Positions 48,750 through 62,316 of a stretch of DNA of 64,000 nt are shown one piece after another. Made by a program: the position numbers and the translations under genes. Positions within the stretch are counted from its first letter, which is position 1, and each line of letters opens with the position of its first letter. The notes under the pieces are model-generated. The model searched no databases and had not been told where the DNA came from. It saw nothing but the letters and a program-made list of their open reading frames with translations. This stretch comes from Dictyostelium discoideum (Eukaryota), in NCBI GenBank assembly GCA_000004695.1, contig CM000151.3:7168001-7232000 (forward strand), written 5' to 3'.

Positions 48750-50371
48750 TTAATGACTTTGTGGAGATATTTTCTCACCAAAAGATTGTTCAATTGAAGC
48801 AGATAGTTGAGATTTACTACCAGTGGCAGTTTTTGGAATTGCACCATCTTCAAAATTAAAAAGTTCTTCAGAGACATCTCTACGACGATCGAAACCAGAA
48901 GAGAATGAGGATAATTTCTCACCACTATTATGTTGTTGAACTTGACGAGCATCCATTGGAACATAATTCATATTTCTACGACCCATATAGATTTGACGTG
49001 GTCTAAAGATACGAAGTTCTGGATCAGCCAATTCTTCAACCCAATGAGCCAACCAACCAGCAGCTCTTGGAATTGAGAATAACACTGGAAACATATCAGT
49101 TGGGAAACCCATACTCTTGTAAATGATACCAGAGTAGAAATCAACATTTGGATAGAGTTGTCTCTCTATGAAATAGCTGTCAGAGAGTGCCAATCTTTCC
49201 AATTCTGTTGCGATTTGCATCAATGGATTCTTACCCAATAGTGCAAAGATCTCCATTGTTACGGTTTTAAGTATTTTAGCACGTGGATCATATGATTTGT
49301 AAACACGATGTCCAAAACCCATTAAACGTTGTTTCTTTTGTTTAACTTGTTCAATAAACTTTGGAATATTTTCAATGGTTCCAATTGCCTCCAACATTCT
49401 TAACACTGCTTCATTGGCACCACCATGTAATGGACCATACAATGCACCTGCACTACCTGCACATGCTGTATATGGGTCAACCAATGTTGATGCAATTTGT
49501 CTCATTGTTGCTGTTGAACAATTTAATTCATGATCTGCGTGAATAATAAATAATTTATCTAATGCTCTTGTTAATACTGGATGTGGTTTATAATTTGATT
49601 CTGATAAACGATCTAACATATATAAAAAATTCTCTGTATATGATAATGTATTTGATGGATCATTATATGGTCTAATTAATTAATAATAATAATAATAAGT
49701 AATTTTGAATTTTTTTTTTTTTTTTTTTTAAAAAAACAATAAATTAATTTCTTTTTTTTTTTTACCTTCCAATTCTATGACGATATGCACATGCTGCAAT
49801 TGTTGGTAATTTACCAAGAATTCTAAAAATTTGTTTATTCATTAATTGTTTATTTTTATAAATATCTACACCTGCAAGTGCTGGATTTGCTTCTGGATAA
49901 AATGTTGACATTGCTGAAAGTGAACTAATTAACATACCCATTGGATGTGCATCATAACGGAATGATTTCATCATACTAATTAAATTTTCATGAATAAATG
50001 TATGATTCATAATTTTTGTATTCCATAAATTACTTTGTTCCTATTAAAAATATATGAAAAAAGTTAATATATATATATATAGTAATATATTACACAATTA
50101 TAATTAAATTCATACTTTTGATGGTAAATCACCATAAATTAATAAATAAGAAACTTCTAAAAATGAAGATTTCTCTGCTAATTGTTCAATTGGATAACCT
50201 CTATATTCTAAAATACCTCTATCACCATCAATGTATGTAATTTGTGATTTACAAACTGCTGTATTATAATAACCTGGGTCATAAATCCTATATTATTTAT
50301 ATTAAAATAAATAAAAAAATAAAAAAAAAAAGAACTCGAATTAATAAAAAATTACATTGTGATTATATTTC

Positions 50372-50404
<33 letters not shown>

Positions 50405-50576
50405 GATAATATTTACATTGTACCAAAATCTATTGATTGTTCTTTAATTGCACGGAAATCAATTGATTTAACAGTTTCATGATTGATTGGGATTTCATAG
50501 GATTTTCCAGTTCTATTATCAATAACTGTGAGTGTATTCTTTTTTTCTGTAGTTTTATTATTATCTTCTTGGGAAT
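48750..50576 (-). CDS. Citrate synthase, ~512 aa. Four minus-strand exons: 50407..50576, 50106..50277, 49766..50040, 48750..49671.
   Basis: Collinear CS motifs: [122 protein letters not shown] and [17 protein letters not shown]. The junctions are AT|gtaaat..ag|G (Met codon restored), AAA|gtatga..atag|GAA, and AG|gtaaaa..ttag|A, all phase-consistent. Confidence 0.85.
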
Positions 50577-50933
50577 TTGAACTCATTTTTAATTTATTTA
50601 TATAAATTGGTTATTTATTTATTTATTTGTTTTTAATTTGATTATTTATTATTTATCTCTATTATTTATTATTTATACTCTTTCACTATATTTCACGCTG
50701 AAAGTTTTTTTTTTTTTTTATATATCTTACAACAATACTTGATTTATAATTTTTATTTTTTTTTTTTTTTTTAATTTTATTTTTTTAAATTGAATTGTTA
50801 AAAAAAATTGAAATTTTAAAATTTTGCTTTTTTTTTTTTTTTTTTTTTTATTTTTTTTTATTTTTTTTTAATGTTTTCACAAAACAGTACTCACATGTCG
50901 TAATAAACCAGAGATAATCAGATCTTGTTAGCG

Positions 50934-50968
<35 letters not shown>

Positions 50969-51443
50969 CCAGATATTTTTTCAAAAAAAAAAAAAAAAAA
51001 GTTTAATTCACAGTTAAATAATAAAAAAAAAAAAAAAATCAAACACCATATTGTTTGCAACTTGTTAAACCTTGTCACCAAATTTCAAAGGATACCTTTT
51101 TTTAAACAATTTTGGATTTGATAATTTGTCAACAAAATAAAATAAAATAAAATAAAATAAAATAAAAAGAATATTATTTGATCATAACCACTTTTAAATT
51201 TATTTCTTTCTTTTAAAAACAAATAATAATAATTTGACCAAAATAAAAATGAAATTAAAATTTTAGTTTTTTGAAAACTAAAATTTGCATTCTTTCTAAA
51301 AAAAAAAAAAAAAAAAAAAAAAATATGTGTGATATCTTACCGTTTAAAAAAGATATCTTGTTCATTTTCAAAATTTAATTAAAAATAAATTTTTTTTTTT
51401 TATTTTTCAAGTGGTTTTTTTTTTTAAAACACTTTTTTTTTTT

Positions 51444-51474
<31 letters not shown>

Positions 51475-51496
51475 AAAATTATTTATTATAAAAAAA

Positions 51497-52402
51497 ATGG
51501 TACAACAACAACAACAACAACAACAAATAAAAAAAAATCAAGTTAAACCACCACTTTATTCAAATTTAATAGCAGGAGCAATTGCAGGAGTTATTGGTAG
51601 TTCAGTTGTATTTCCACTTGATTTTGTAAAGACAAGATTACAACAACAAAGGGTATCAATCGATGGTAGTAAACAATATAATGGTATAATTGATTGTTTT
51701 AAAAAGGTGATTAAAAATGAAGGTGGTGTTAGAGGATTATATAGAGGTCTAAGTAGTAATTTAATTGGTATTATACCAGAGAAAGCATTAAAGTTAGCAA
51801 TGAATGATTATTTTAGAACACGTTTTCAAGGTGACAGATCATATATTAAACTATGGGAAGAGGTTGCATCAGGTGGTCTCGCAGGTATGTGTCAAGTGGT
51901 AGCAACCAATCCAATGGAATTGGTGAAGATAAGAATGCAAGTGTCAGGTCTAAGTGGCAAGAAAGCATCATTAAAAGAAGTAGTTAGTGAATTGGGTATT
52001 AAAGGATTATACAAAGGTACTGCATCAACCTTATTAAGAGACGTACCATTCAGTATGATCTATTTCTCAATCTATGGTAGAATGAAACATAATCTCACCG
52101 ATCAAGAAACTGGTGAAATTGGGTTACCAAAAATACTCTTATGTGGTATTACAGCTGGTTCAATAGCTGCTTCAGTCAGTACACCATTCGATGTAATTAA
52201 AACTAGAATTCAAGTAAAACCTGGTCCAAATGATCCACACTATAAAGGTATAGCTGATTGTTTCCGTAAAACTATACAATCTGAAGGTCCAAAAGCTCTC
52301 TTTAAAGGTGTTTTACCAAGAGTTTGTATCATTTCACCATTGTTTGGTATAACTTTAGTAGTTTATGAAATTCAAAAATCATTTTATGCTTCAACTCATT
52401 AA
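51497..52402 (+). CDS. Mitochondrial carrier family (SLC25) protein, 301 aa, single exon, with an N-terminal poly-Q.
   Basis: Three tandem carrier repeats carry the PX[DE]XX[KR] signatures PLDFVKTRLQ, PMELVKIRMQ and PFDVIKTRIQ, along with six TM helices. Confidence 0.85.
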   Translation: MVQQQQQQQQIKKNQVKPPLYSNLIAGAIAGVIGSSVVFPLDFVKTRLQQQRVSIDGSKQYNGIIDCFKKVIKNEGGVRGLYRGLSSNLIGIIPEKALKLAMNDYFRTRFQGDRSYIKLWEEVASGGLAGMCQVVATNPMELVKIRMQVSGLSGKKASLKEVVSELGIKGLYKGTASTLLRDVPFSMIYFSIYGRMKHNLTDQETGEIGLPKILLCGITAGSIAASVSTPFDVIKTRIQVKPGPNDPHYKGIADCFRKTIQSEGPKALFKGVLPRVCIISPLFGITLVVYEIQKSFYASTH

Positions 52403-52480
52403 TTATTCAGTAAAAATAAAATAAATTAAAAATAATAATATTGATAAATATTTATTAAAGGTATTCTATTTATTTTATTT

Positions 52481-52646
52481 TTAATTATTATCATTTGATG
52501 ATAGTCTTTCAGATATAAAGTACATAACATCATTTGAAAACCAATATGATTTATGAGCATTTAAAACTGAACTATAATCAGAGAATGATGAAAATACACC
52601 AGTTTGTTTTAATTTGTAATCAAATCTATATCCACCAAAATATTTG

Positions 52647-52696
<50 letters not shown>

Positions 52697-54424
52697 GTTA
52701 TTATTATTATTGTTGTTATTATTATTATTATTATTAATATTATTTGATGGTGTTAAAGGTAATGGTTTATTTGGAGTATTTAATGATGATTTTTTAGAAT
52801 CTAATTGTTGACTATCAATATAAAGATTGTAGGATGATCTATCACTTTTTTCACTTCTTTCACTTGATTCATCATCAAATTCACTATCTGATGATGGAAA
52901 AGAAGAACCATTAAAACTTTGATTCCTTTTCATTGATGTTGAAGATGCACCATCAAATGATAACATTTCAGTTTCCTCAACTAATACGTTTACATTTGAT
53001 GATGGTGATGGTATTGGTTTTTGTGTTGTTAATTGTAATGCTGAATTATTTGGTATTATTTCATTATTATTATTATTATAATTATAATTATAATTATTAT
53101 ATGTTGATGTTGTATTATTTGTATTTGTAGTATTAGTAGTTATTGGTGTTGGTGTTGAATTTTTATTAATTACAGAATTAAGTTTACTTGTAAGTTTTGA
53201 AAGCATACTGGTAGTTGTACTACTTGTTGTTGTTGTTGTTGTATTATTAGTATTATTATTATAGTTATTATTAGTATTATTATTAGTACTAGTATTATTA
53301 TTATTTGAAAATGAAGAATTTGAAGATACATTTGCTGTTGTTGTTGTTGTTGTTGTTGCTGTAGTTAATTCAATTGAATTTTGAATTGATGGTGTTGATA
53401 CACTATTGTTATTATTATTATTATTATTATTATTTTGAAGTTTATTTACAAGTTTTGATTTTTTAAAATGAGGAGCTAAAGATTCACCAGCATCTTGAAA
53501 ACCTTCATCAATTAAAGGTTCTAATAATGCAGCAACAGGATCAGATGGATCATAAATATTATAAAGATTTGTACAACTTGGTATATCAATTGATTGATGA
53601 CCTCTAACTGTACAAAATAAACCAATTGGTGAACCAATACAATAAAGATTGAAAACATCAAATTCTAATTTTGGAAAATTAATTGATAATAAACTATTCT
53701 TTAATTCCTCTTCAACATCAATTTCATCAATATCTGATTCAGTTTCTTCATCACTACTATAATCATCTTTTAGCTTATGTTGTTGTTGTTGTTGTTGTTG
53801 TTGTTTTAATTTTTGTTTTTCTAATTTATTTAATTGTTTTTGTTTTTTATGATTATTTTGTTGTTGTTGTTGTAATTTTTGTTGTAATTTTTGTTCATCT
53901 TTAAATTTTCTCCAATAGTAGATATTACCTTTATCAATATGATTGGTGGAATCATATTGATAGTTGGAGGTGGTTGAATCAGTTGAAGAGTCAATCTTTG
54001 ATATTGAGGTTAATTGATGACAGAGTATGTCGTAACAAATCATTGAACCTAGTGAATGGGCTAGAATTGATACTTTACCTTTGAATGTCGGATTTGCAGC
54101 TAAGAAATCCCTATAGATTTGATTCAATTTATTACCAACTTCACTATAGATATGTTGACTAAATGTTGGACTTGTAAATAATAATATATCTAATAATGTA
54201 TGATTTATCAATTCACGTACAACTGGAATAGTGTTTGGTGTAACTTTCTTTATAAATGCATCTGTCTTTTTATGAACTCCTGAATGCCATTCAAGACCTA
54301 TGAATTTACAATTCTTATTTCTTTCTGTTATTTTTGTAACATTTTGATAAGTTTGATTAATTTTTATAATTTTTTCATTCCATTTTTCTTCATGCTTTTT
54401 TTTTTTATTAAAAAAAGATATTAT

Positions 54425-54480
<56 letters not shown>

Positions 54481-54693
54481 AGTTTTTAATGAAATAATTT
54501 TTATTAAATAAAATTATTATTATTATTATTATTATTATCATCATTATTAAATAAAAATAAATTAACTTACTTTACCAATACCATGAACTGTAATTATTAA
54601 ATGGTCAATTATTTTATTTTCATTATTATTATTGTTGTTATTGTTATTGTTACTTGGTAAATCACAATTATTTATACTTATATTATAATTCAT
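52481..54693 (-). CDS. Putative serine esterase/lipase (DUF676/ROG1-like, GHSLG nucleophile elbow as AHSLGS) with an extremely long low-complexity N/T/Q-rich C-terminal half. Main exon 52481..54394, with a short 5' exon around 54570..54693 whose start is unresolved.
   Basis: The upstream exon encodes ...NENKIIDHLIITVHGIGK|gtaagt and joins in phase 0 to HEEKWNEKIIKINQ...KFIGLEWHSGVHKK...ILAHSLGSMICYDIL.... The candidate ATG at 54693 runs into TAA after 14 codons, one frame off from the conserved frame, see findings. Confidence 0.5.
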
Positions 54694-55373
54694 ATTTATT
54701 GAATATAGAGATATAAAATTTTATATAATATAATTTAAATAAATAATAAATAAATGAATAAAAAAAAAAAAAAAAAAATAATGTCAAAAAAAAAAAAAAA
54801 AAACAAAAAATATAAGGTGGGGGAAAATTTTTTTTTTGTTTTTTAAACTCGTTTTTTAAAAAAAATAGATATTTTTTATTTTTTAATTTAATAAAAAAAA
54901 AAAAAAAAAACAATTATTAGGTAATAAATTTTTTTTTTTTTTTTTTTTTTTTTTGATTTTTAATAAAAACAAATTTATGATCTATTTGATCTTTATTCTA
55001 AATTTAAATTTTTTTTTTTTTTTTTATTTTTATTGTAAATTTTCTTAATTTATATTTTTTTTCACAAGTCACAAATCTTAAACTCAAATTTTTCATCAGC
55101 ATTAATTATAAGATGGTGACTGTGGAAAAAATAAAAAATAAAAAAAAATAAAAAAAATAAAAAATAAAAAATAAAAAATAAAAAAAATAAAAATTAAAAA
55201 TTAAAAATTAAAAATAAACTTATTCTGAATAATATTATTTTTTAATTAAAATAATTTGTCTTCTCCGTTATTTTCGCCTAACGTCGGGTAATAAAGGGAC
55301 GCATTTTGAATTTTTTTTTTTTTTTTTTAATTAATTCCAACATATTTTTCTCAAAAAATAACTTTTAAGGTTT

Positions 55374-55404
<31 letters not shown>

Positions 55405-55775
55405 TTATAGTTACAATAATTTAAATAACTTGAATAGAATTCCAAAAATCGGATTCCTTACCTACTCCATATGAATTTGATAAGTTTTTGAAAAAAAAAA
55501 AATTCAAAAAGAGGTTCAAAAACTAATTTTTTGACAGTTTATTAACTAATTATTGTAATTTAATTTTTAATATAATTTGAATTCTTAGACATTTGATTTT
55601 TATTTTTATTTTTATTTTTATTTTTTTTTTTTTTAAAAAAATATTTAAATCCAGTTTTTTTTTTTTTTTTAAATATATCTTATCAAATTATAATATTACA
55701 ATTACAATTACAAAAAATAAAAAAAAATAAAAATAAAAAAATAATTTATAATAATAATTAAAAAATCAAATCAAA

Positions 55776-56492
55776 ATGAGAATAAACTTTAAATTAATTT
55801 TAATAATATTAACAAGTTTTTATGGAATTATTAATTGTCAAAGTACTTGTCCATATTCTAAAACCGTAATTAATGGAGCATCAGCAACTTTTTATTCAGC
55901 AATGGATAATGGAAATTGTGGATTTGGGAAATTAACAGGACCAACTGGACCTGGAAATTATATGATTGCAGCTCTCGGTACTAAACTATATCAAAATGGA
56001 GCTCAATGTGGCCAATGTTTTAAAATTAGTAATTCTAAAAATGCTTCTGTCACTGTAATGGCCACAGATTCATGTAACGATGCTGGATATTGTCAAAGGG
56101 ATAATCATTTTGATTTATCGCCTACCGCATTCTCAATATTAGGAGCACAATCTCAAGGTGTGTTGGATGGATTATCCTATGTTAAAGTACCATGTAGAGT
56201 TAGTGGTAATGTTAAAGTTATGTTAAAAGATGGAAGTAATGCTTACTGGACATCTTTCTTGGTTTTCAATAATGCTATTGATGTTAAACAAGTTTCAATA
56301 AAGTTAAGTGGAAGCTCCACTTATGTACCACTCACTCAAACAACTTATAACTATTGGCCATCAAGTATTACTGCTGGTTCTTTCCAAGTTAGAATTGAAT
56401 CAATTGGTGGTGAATTCATTTATGTAACTATACCAAGTGTTGTTAGTAGTAAAATTTATGATACTGGTAGCCAATTCTCTTCATCGTGTTAA
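55776..56492 (+). CDS. Expansin-like secreted protein (DPBB domain plus C-terminal CBM63-like domain), 238 aa, single exon.
   Basis: Signal peptide MRINFKLILIILTSFYGIINC. Expansin hallmarks are present: GA(S)ATFY...GNCGFG, GAQCGQCF, the HFDLS motif, and a C-terminal beta-sandwich with W/Y aromatics. Confidence 0.8.
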   Translation: MRINFKLILIILTSFYGIINCQSTCPYSKTVINGASATFYSAMDNGNCGFGKLTGPTGPGNYMIAALGTKLYQNGAQCGQCFKISNSKNASVTVMATDSCNDAGYCQRDNHFDLSPTAFSILGAQSQGVLDGLSYVKVPCRVSGNVKVMLKDGSNAYWTSFLVFNNAIDVKQVSIKLSGSSTYVPLTQTTYNYWPSSITAGSFQVRIESIGGEFIYVTIPSVVSSKIYDTGSQFSSSC

Positions 56493-57139
56493 ATAAAAAA
56501 AATGAAAAAAAAAAAAAAAAAAAAAAAAATAATAATAATAATAAATTTTAATTTAATAAATTAATATTTAATATTATTGAATTAAATAAAAAAAAAAAAA
56601 ATACAAAATTATAATAATAAATTTTATTAAATTAAAAATAGTAAAAAGTTGTTTATTTTGTGAGGTGTAAAGTTTTTAATTTTATTTTATTTTTTGGTTA
56701 AAACTGGAAATTTTATTATTATTAAAAATTAAAAAAAAAAATAATAAAAAAATAATAAAAGAAAATCAATTAGTTTATCAATTTATAAGCGACTATTAAT
56801 TTAGTTTTAGCATTATAAAAATCATTACAACTAATTTTATTTGAACTATTTATTTGTTATTAAAAAAAATAAAAACTACTAAAAATATACCATTACTTAT
56901 ATTTTTAATTTTGTTTTAAATTTTTATGCAACAAATAAAATAATTCAAATTTTAAAAATTCTTTTTTTTTTTTTTTTTTTTTTTTCTTTTTTTCCTTCTA
57001 ATATGTCTATTCCTTTTTTTAATTTGTTTTTTTTTTTTTTTTTTTAATTCTATTTAATTTACTATATGTACACTAAAAACTATTTGAAAAAAAAAAAAAA
57101 AAAAGAAAACCAATTTAACCTAAAATTTGTTAATTCTTT

Positions 57140-57967
57140 TTAATTCTTTTTTGAAGGACGTAATTGTGTCCAAACCTTTTTAATTTTTGGAATTAAATCG
57201 GCAGCCCAAATTGTACCAACTAAAAGACAAGCATAACCTGTATAAGTGAAAACTATAGCAGAGAACCAACCCATAACAGACAAGCAAGTTATATTTTCAT
57301 TCTCGCAACCAGGTCTATAGGCAGCAGGTGAAATGAAAGAGTGGATGGTCCAAATACTATTATCAACTAGAATATGTCTTAGAATATCAAAGGTTGCCAA
57401 TGGAACAGCGATAGCTGTAAGATAAAAAGGTCCAAATTTAATCCAATGACCTCTATCCGATGGTCTCTTTTTACATTTATGGAAATGATATTGAGCAAGG
57501 TTTGAAAGTATACTAAGTGTAATGGCGAATGTTAAAGAATGAGCTAGTTCAACGGATCCTGCACTAACTGCAACACCAGAAAGGCTTGCAATGAGCACAG
57601 GCCAACATCAAGAACCTATAAAAATCAATATAAATATATATATATATATATATTAGTTTTCATAGCACTATTTTATTGATTTGATTATTATTATTAAAAT
57701 CAAAAACTTACCAACTAAAGCTGGAATACTAATTAAAAGTGTAAGAATTGAAATGAATAATGGTTTTTTAGTTTGTTCTTCTTGTGGGGAGTTTGAGGTT
57801 GAGGAGATACCAATGTTTGCTTTTTCTTCATCGTTTGTCTTTGAAATTAATGGTGTAGACTCATCACTAGCATTATTGATAGATGATGATGATGAAGAAG
57901 GTCTAGCTCAAACGCCACCTTCACAATCTTCACCTAAATCCACTTTTGGTAAATTAAATAATGACAT
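57140..57967 (-). CDS. Multi-pass membrane protein of unknown function. Minus-strand exons 57712..57967 and 57140..57567 (donor G|gtaagt, acceptor gttgcAG, phase 1). There is an in-frame TGA at 57908-57910.
   Basis: The phase-consistent junction gives ...KKPLFISILTLLISIPALV-V-SAGSVELAHSLTFAITLSILSNLAQYHFHKCKK... However, the only ATG (57967) is separated from the rest of the frame by TGA 19 codons downstream (MSLFNLPKVDLGEDCEGGV*ARPSSSSSS...). There is no in-frame ATG after the TGA. Confidence 0.45.
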
Positions 57968-58682
57968 TTCTTTTGCTTTTTTTTTTTTCTTTAACTTGTT
58001 TTTTAAAATTATTACTATTAATTATAAAATAAAGAATTAAAATGAAAAAAAAAAAATAAAGAAAATAAAGTGTTATTATTTAAAGTGTGTGTGGTTATTA
58101 ATGTAAAAATGTAATGATATAAAAAATAAAAAAATAAAAAATAAAAAAAAAAGTGAAAGAACGGTTTTTAAAAAAAAAAAAATAAAAAAAAATGAAAAAA
58201 AAACAATTATTAATATAGAAAGAAATTTCATTTTATTTTTCTTTTCCACAAAAGCGCCGACGAATAAAAAAAAAATTTTTAGATATTTATTTTAAATTTT
58301 AAAATTAGGAATTAATTAATTTTTTTACCATTAAATAAAACATTCACAAAAAAAAAAAAAAAAAAAATTTTATTTTCATTTTTTTTATTTTTTTTTTTTT
58401 TTATTGGTTAAATTTATTTATTTTTAATATGAATTTAGTATATAAAAATAGATAGAGCACTCAAGAATACACAAAATGATATAAAGTATAAAAAGGATGT
58501 AATCATTCCGTTTTTTTGATTTTTTTTTTTTTTTTTTTTTATCTAAAATTTTATTTTCAGAATTTATTTAATTTTAAATTCATTTTTTTATCTTAATAAA
58601 TACATTTTTTTTTTTTATTTTTATTTTTTTATTTTTTTATTTTTTTCTTTTTTCTTTTTTCAGGTTTTGTGACTTATTATTT

Positions 58683-61600
58683 TTATTTTGGCATTGTTGG
58701 TAAAGAGAGGGGTATGGGTGGTGTCGTTCTTCCTTGAATTGTAATTCCTGTAGATTTTGACAACGATGCTTGGTGGAATTTTGGTTTATTAAAAAGATTA
58801 CAAGTACCATTGGATAAAATTGGTTGAAAAGTAGTTGGAGAGTTATTAGTATTATTGGATGGAGGTGGTAAATCATTATTTGTTGTTACATTTCCAATGG
58901 TCGAAGATGATCGAGGTGGCGGAGCATGCTTTACAATTAAAGGAGGTGGTGGTAATTGAATTTCACTAGCAGTTTTTTTAAATGCACTATTTATATTACT
59001 AAATGGAGAAGAACGATTTGGTAAAGTACAAGTTTGATTTATTGAATTTTGATTATTGTTATTATTATTGTCATTATTATTATCATTATTATTATTATTA
59101 TTATTATTGTTATTATTATTTATTGATGATGGTTTTGAAGCAATTGGTTGTGATATTATTGATGCAGTTGTAATTGGTGATTTTGCTCGTGGTGCTGGAG
59201 TTGGTTTAGTAACTGGAGATTTTGCTCTTATCACTGTTGATGGTGGTGTTGTTTGAGGTGGTGGAGTTGGTGATACTGAATGTGGTGTTGAAGAGGATGG
59301 TGGTGGTGGTGGTAATCTATTTGTATCACCTTGTTGATATAAATAAGTTTTAGGTGGTAATGGTGGTGGAATTGAATTGTTATTATTATTGTTTGAAGAA
59401 AAATAACCATCATCATCATCATTATCAGGTGGTGGAGGTAAATTTAAACAAGATGATGGTAATGGTGGTGGAGTGAATTTTGAATTATTTGAAATTATAG
59501 GTGGAGGAATTGGTGATGTGCAAGTTGATTTATATTCAGTTTTTGTAGAAATTGTAGTTGTTGTAGTAGTTGTAGTTGTTGTGATAGTTGTAATTGATGG
59601 TGGTGGTGGTAATGGTAAACTATTGAAATCAATAGGTGGTGGTAGATTTGAAAATTCTATTGAAGGTGGTGGAGGTGGTGGAAATCTTGGTGAATTTGAT
59701 GATGAATTAATTGTTGTTGTTGTTGTGGCGGTTGTTGATGGAATTGGTATTGGTGGTGGGAATTGTAAAGGTGGTGGAGGTGGTAATAAATTTGTAAAAC
59801 TTCTAGAACCACCACCATTTTTAATTGGAACATAGTCACAACTTGATGAAAGAGGTGTATTAAAACCAGATGATGGAGCAGATAAAGGATGTGAAGAAGC
59901 AGAAGTACTTAAATATTCAGTATCAGCAGTTATTGTATTATATGGACTAGCATTTCTAGGTGGTGGAGGTGGTTTTGTCATAGAATTTGGTTTTAAAACT
60001 TGTGATGCTGGAGGTGTAGTCAATTGAGGAGAAGATGATGAATCATCACTACCATATGAAATTGATGATATTGTTTGTGGCATTCTTCTTGCATTATGTT
60101 TTGTATCTTGTTGTTGTAATTGTTGTTGTTGTTGCTGTTGTTGTTGCTGTTGTTGTTGTAATTGTTGTTGTAATTGTTGTTGAATTGATGGATCATTTTG
60201 GAAATTATAAAATGATGGTACAGAACTTGCTCTTGAAAAATTTGAAGAAGATGGTACAGTGCTTTGAAAAGTTGGAGATAATGAATCAATTACAGAATGA
60301 GTAAGAGTACTATTGGGTGAAGGGTTGGCAGAGTATGGACCACTAAGAGGTTTACCAGTTGTTGAATTATTTGGAGAAGTGAAAATATCTTTAACATTTA
60401 ATGGTGGTGGAGGTGGTTTTCTAGTTTCTCTTAAACTACCAGTTGGAGTAATTGAATTCAGTGATAATGAAGATGGTGAACCTGATGAAGTTGAGGACGA
60501 AGAAATTAAACCACATCTACCAATTGTACCATTACCACCACCACTATTTGAATGACTTTGTCTAGTATTAAAACTTGGAGATTCTAAACTTGGTGAATTA
60601 CTACCACCACTACTACCACCATTACCACAACCACTATTACTTAATAAACCAGTTAAATTTGCCGAAGATCTTGGAGATGGTGTCATTGAAATATCAATTG
60701 ATAAAGTTGGAGTACTTGATAAAGAAGATAAAGAACTTGTTGAATTTAAGAAAGTACCAGAATTCTTTTTTAAGAACCAACTATATTTAGCTTGTTTATT
60801 TTGATCAATTTTACCACCAGCCAATGATTGAATTGCAGCTAACCATTCTTTTTTCTCTGCTTCACTTGAAAAGTATAAACCAATAATCTTTTCTTTCTTT
60901 TCATTTAATACTAAAATTTCAAATCCTTCTTTATAACCAGGTAATGAATCAATTGAATCACGAATTAAAATATTTTCTAAATAAACTATTAATTTTACAG
61001 TTGAATTTGATTTTTTATTTTTAGCTAAAATTAATACATCTATATATTTTTTTATAAAAAAAAAAAAAAAAAAAAATTAATATTTTTTAAAAATTTAAAA
61101 AATAAATAAATTAATAAAATAAAATATTTTACCATTTAATAAAATACATCTTAATAATTCTTTATCTAATTTTTTTGAAACTAAACCTTCTTTTATAAAT
61201 TTTCTATTTTGATTTGATAATTTTAAATCTGAATCTAAATTTTGTAAAGAATATTCAATTTCTTTAATTTTTTTATCATTTTCTATTTTCTCGTCGGCAA
61301 GTCTTTTTTGATGATTAATTTCCTCTAAGATTGAATTAATTTTTAAGAAACAATAATTTATAAAACCATAGTCCATATGATCGATTGGAGTATTCTCTAA
61401 AAGTGATTTTAATAGTAATGGATATTTTGTAATTCTTTGAATTGGTTTAATAATTAACATTGGAAATGATAATCCTCTTGTTAAATGACTCTTTGCTGCA
61501 CCTTCAATACAATTTGAAAATACTTTTGATGAAATTTTTAATTTTTCAAATGATTCTATACATGTATTTTGATATGAACAAAATTCTTTATATAAATTTA

Positions 61601-61719
61601 AATAATCAATACTTTCAAACTTTTTTTAAATAAAAAAAAAAAAAAATTAATTAAATTAAATTAATAAAAAATAAAAAATAAAAAAAAAAATTAATATTAT
61701 TATTATTTTTTTTTTTAAT

Positions 61720-61761
<42 letters not shown>

Positions 61762-62316
61762 TAAAAAAATTAATAATTACAAATTTAGATAAAACTTCAC
61801 CAACATTTTGTAAATGAGGTGGTTTTGAAGGAATTCCTTCTAAATTATGTATAATTTCCCTATGATAGTTTAATAAACCTTCAGTACATCCAAAAACTTC
61901 TTGAATTTGTTTAATATCAATATGTTCTTTAATTGGGTCAATATATAACTAAATATAATTTTATATAAAAATTATAAAAATTATAAATTATTAATACTAA
62001 AATTTCTTGTATTATAATTATTTTTTTTTTTTTTTTTTTTTACCTTTATAATTAATTTTAAATCTCTGACATAATTTGCTTCAGTTTTTACTAATTCTGA
62101 AACTGTTTGTTGTCTAATTCTTTCTTTTTTTAATATTAATTCATCTTGAGTTAAAGATGCTAAATCTATCGGATCTTCATCAAATACTAAACTACATGTA
62201 TCTGACATATCATCAGCTGTACTTGTATTAGTACTTGTGCAACTATTATTATTAAATAAAACATTATTTACACCACAAATTATTTGTGATGTTGAATATT
62301 CTTCTTCTCTAATCAT
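58683..62316 (-). CDS. RhoGEF (Dbl-homology DH plus PH domain) protein with an about 700-aa proline-rich, poly-Q/N/T C-terminal region, ~1094 aa. Minus-strand exons: 62044..62316, 61781..61948, 61133..61619, 58683..61039.
   Basis: The DH domain spans exons 1-3 (RQQTVSELVKTEANYVRDLKLI|LYIDPIKEHID...|FESIDYLNLYKEF...GLSFPMLIIKPIQRITKYPLLLKSLLENT). The PH domain spans the exon 3/4 junction (FIKEGLVSKKLDKELLRCILLN-G|DVLILAKNKK...FEILVLNEKKEKIIGLYFSSEAEKKEWLAAIQSL). The long PPPP-rich tail is WH2/SH3-ligand-like. Donors are GTAAAA, GTAATT and GTAAAA, with AG acceptors and phases 0, 0 and 1. Confidence 0.75.

Noticed and set aside
59056-60555. Several 60-120-aa ORFs on both strands (59056-59256, 59473-59835, 60035-60304, 60313-60555 and others) inside the RhoGEF proline/glutamine-rich tail.
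   Set aside because: These are alternative frames of a low-complexity (CCA/CAA/ACA-rich) coding region. The long minus-strand frame, with a conserved PH domain upstream, is the real one.
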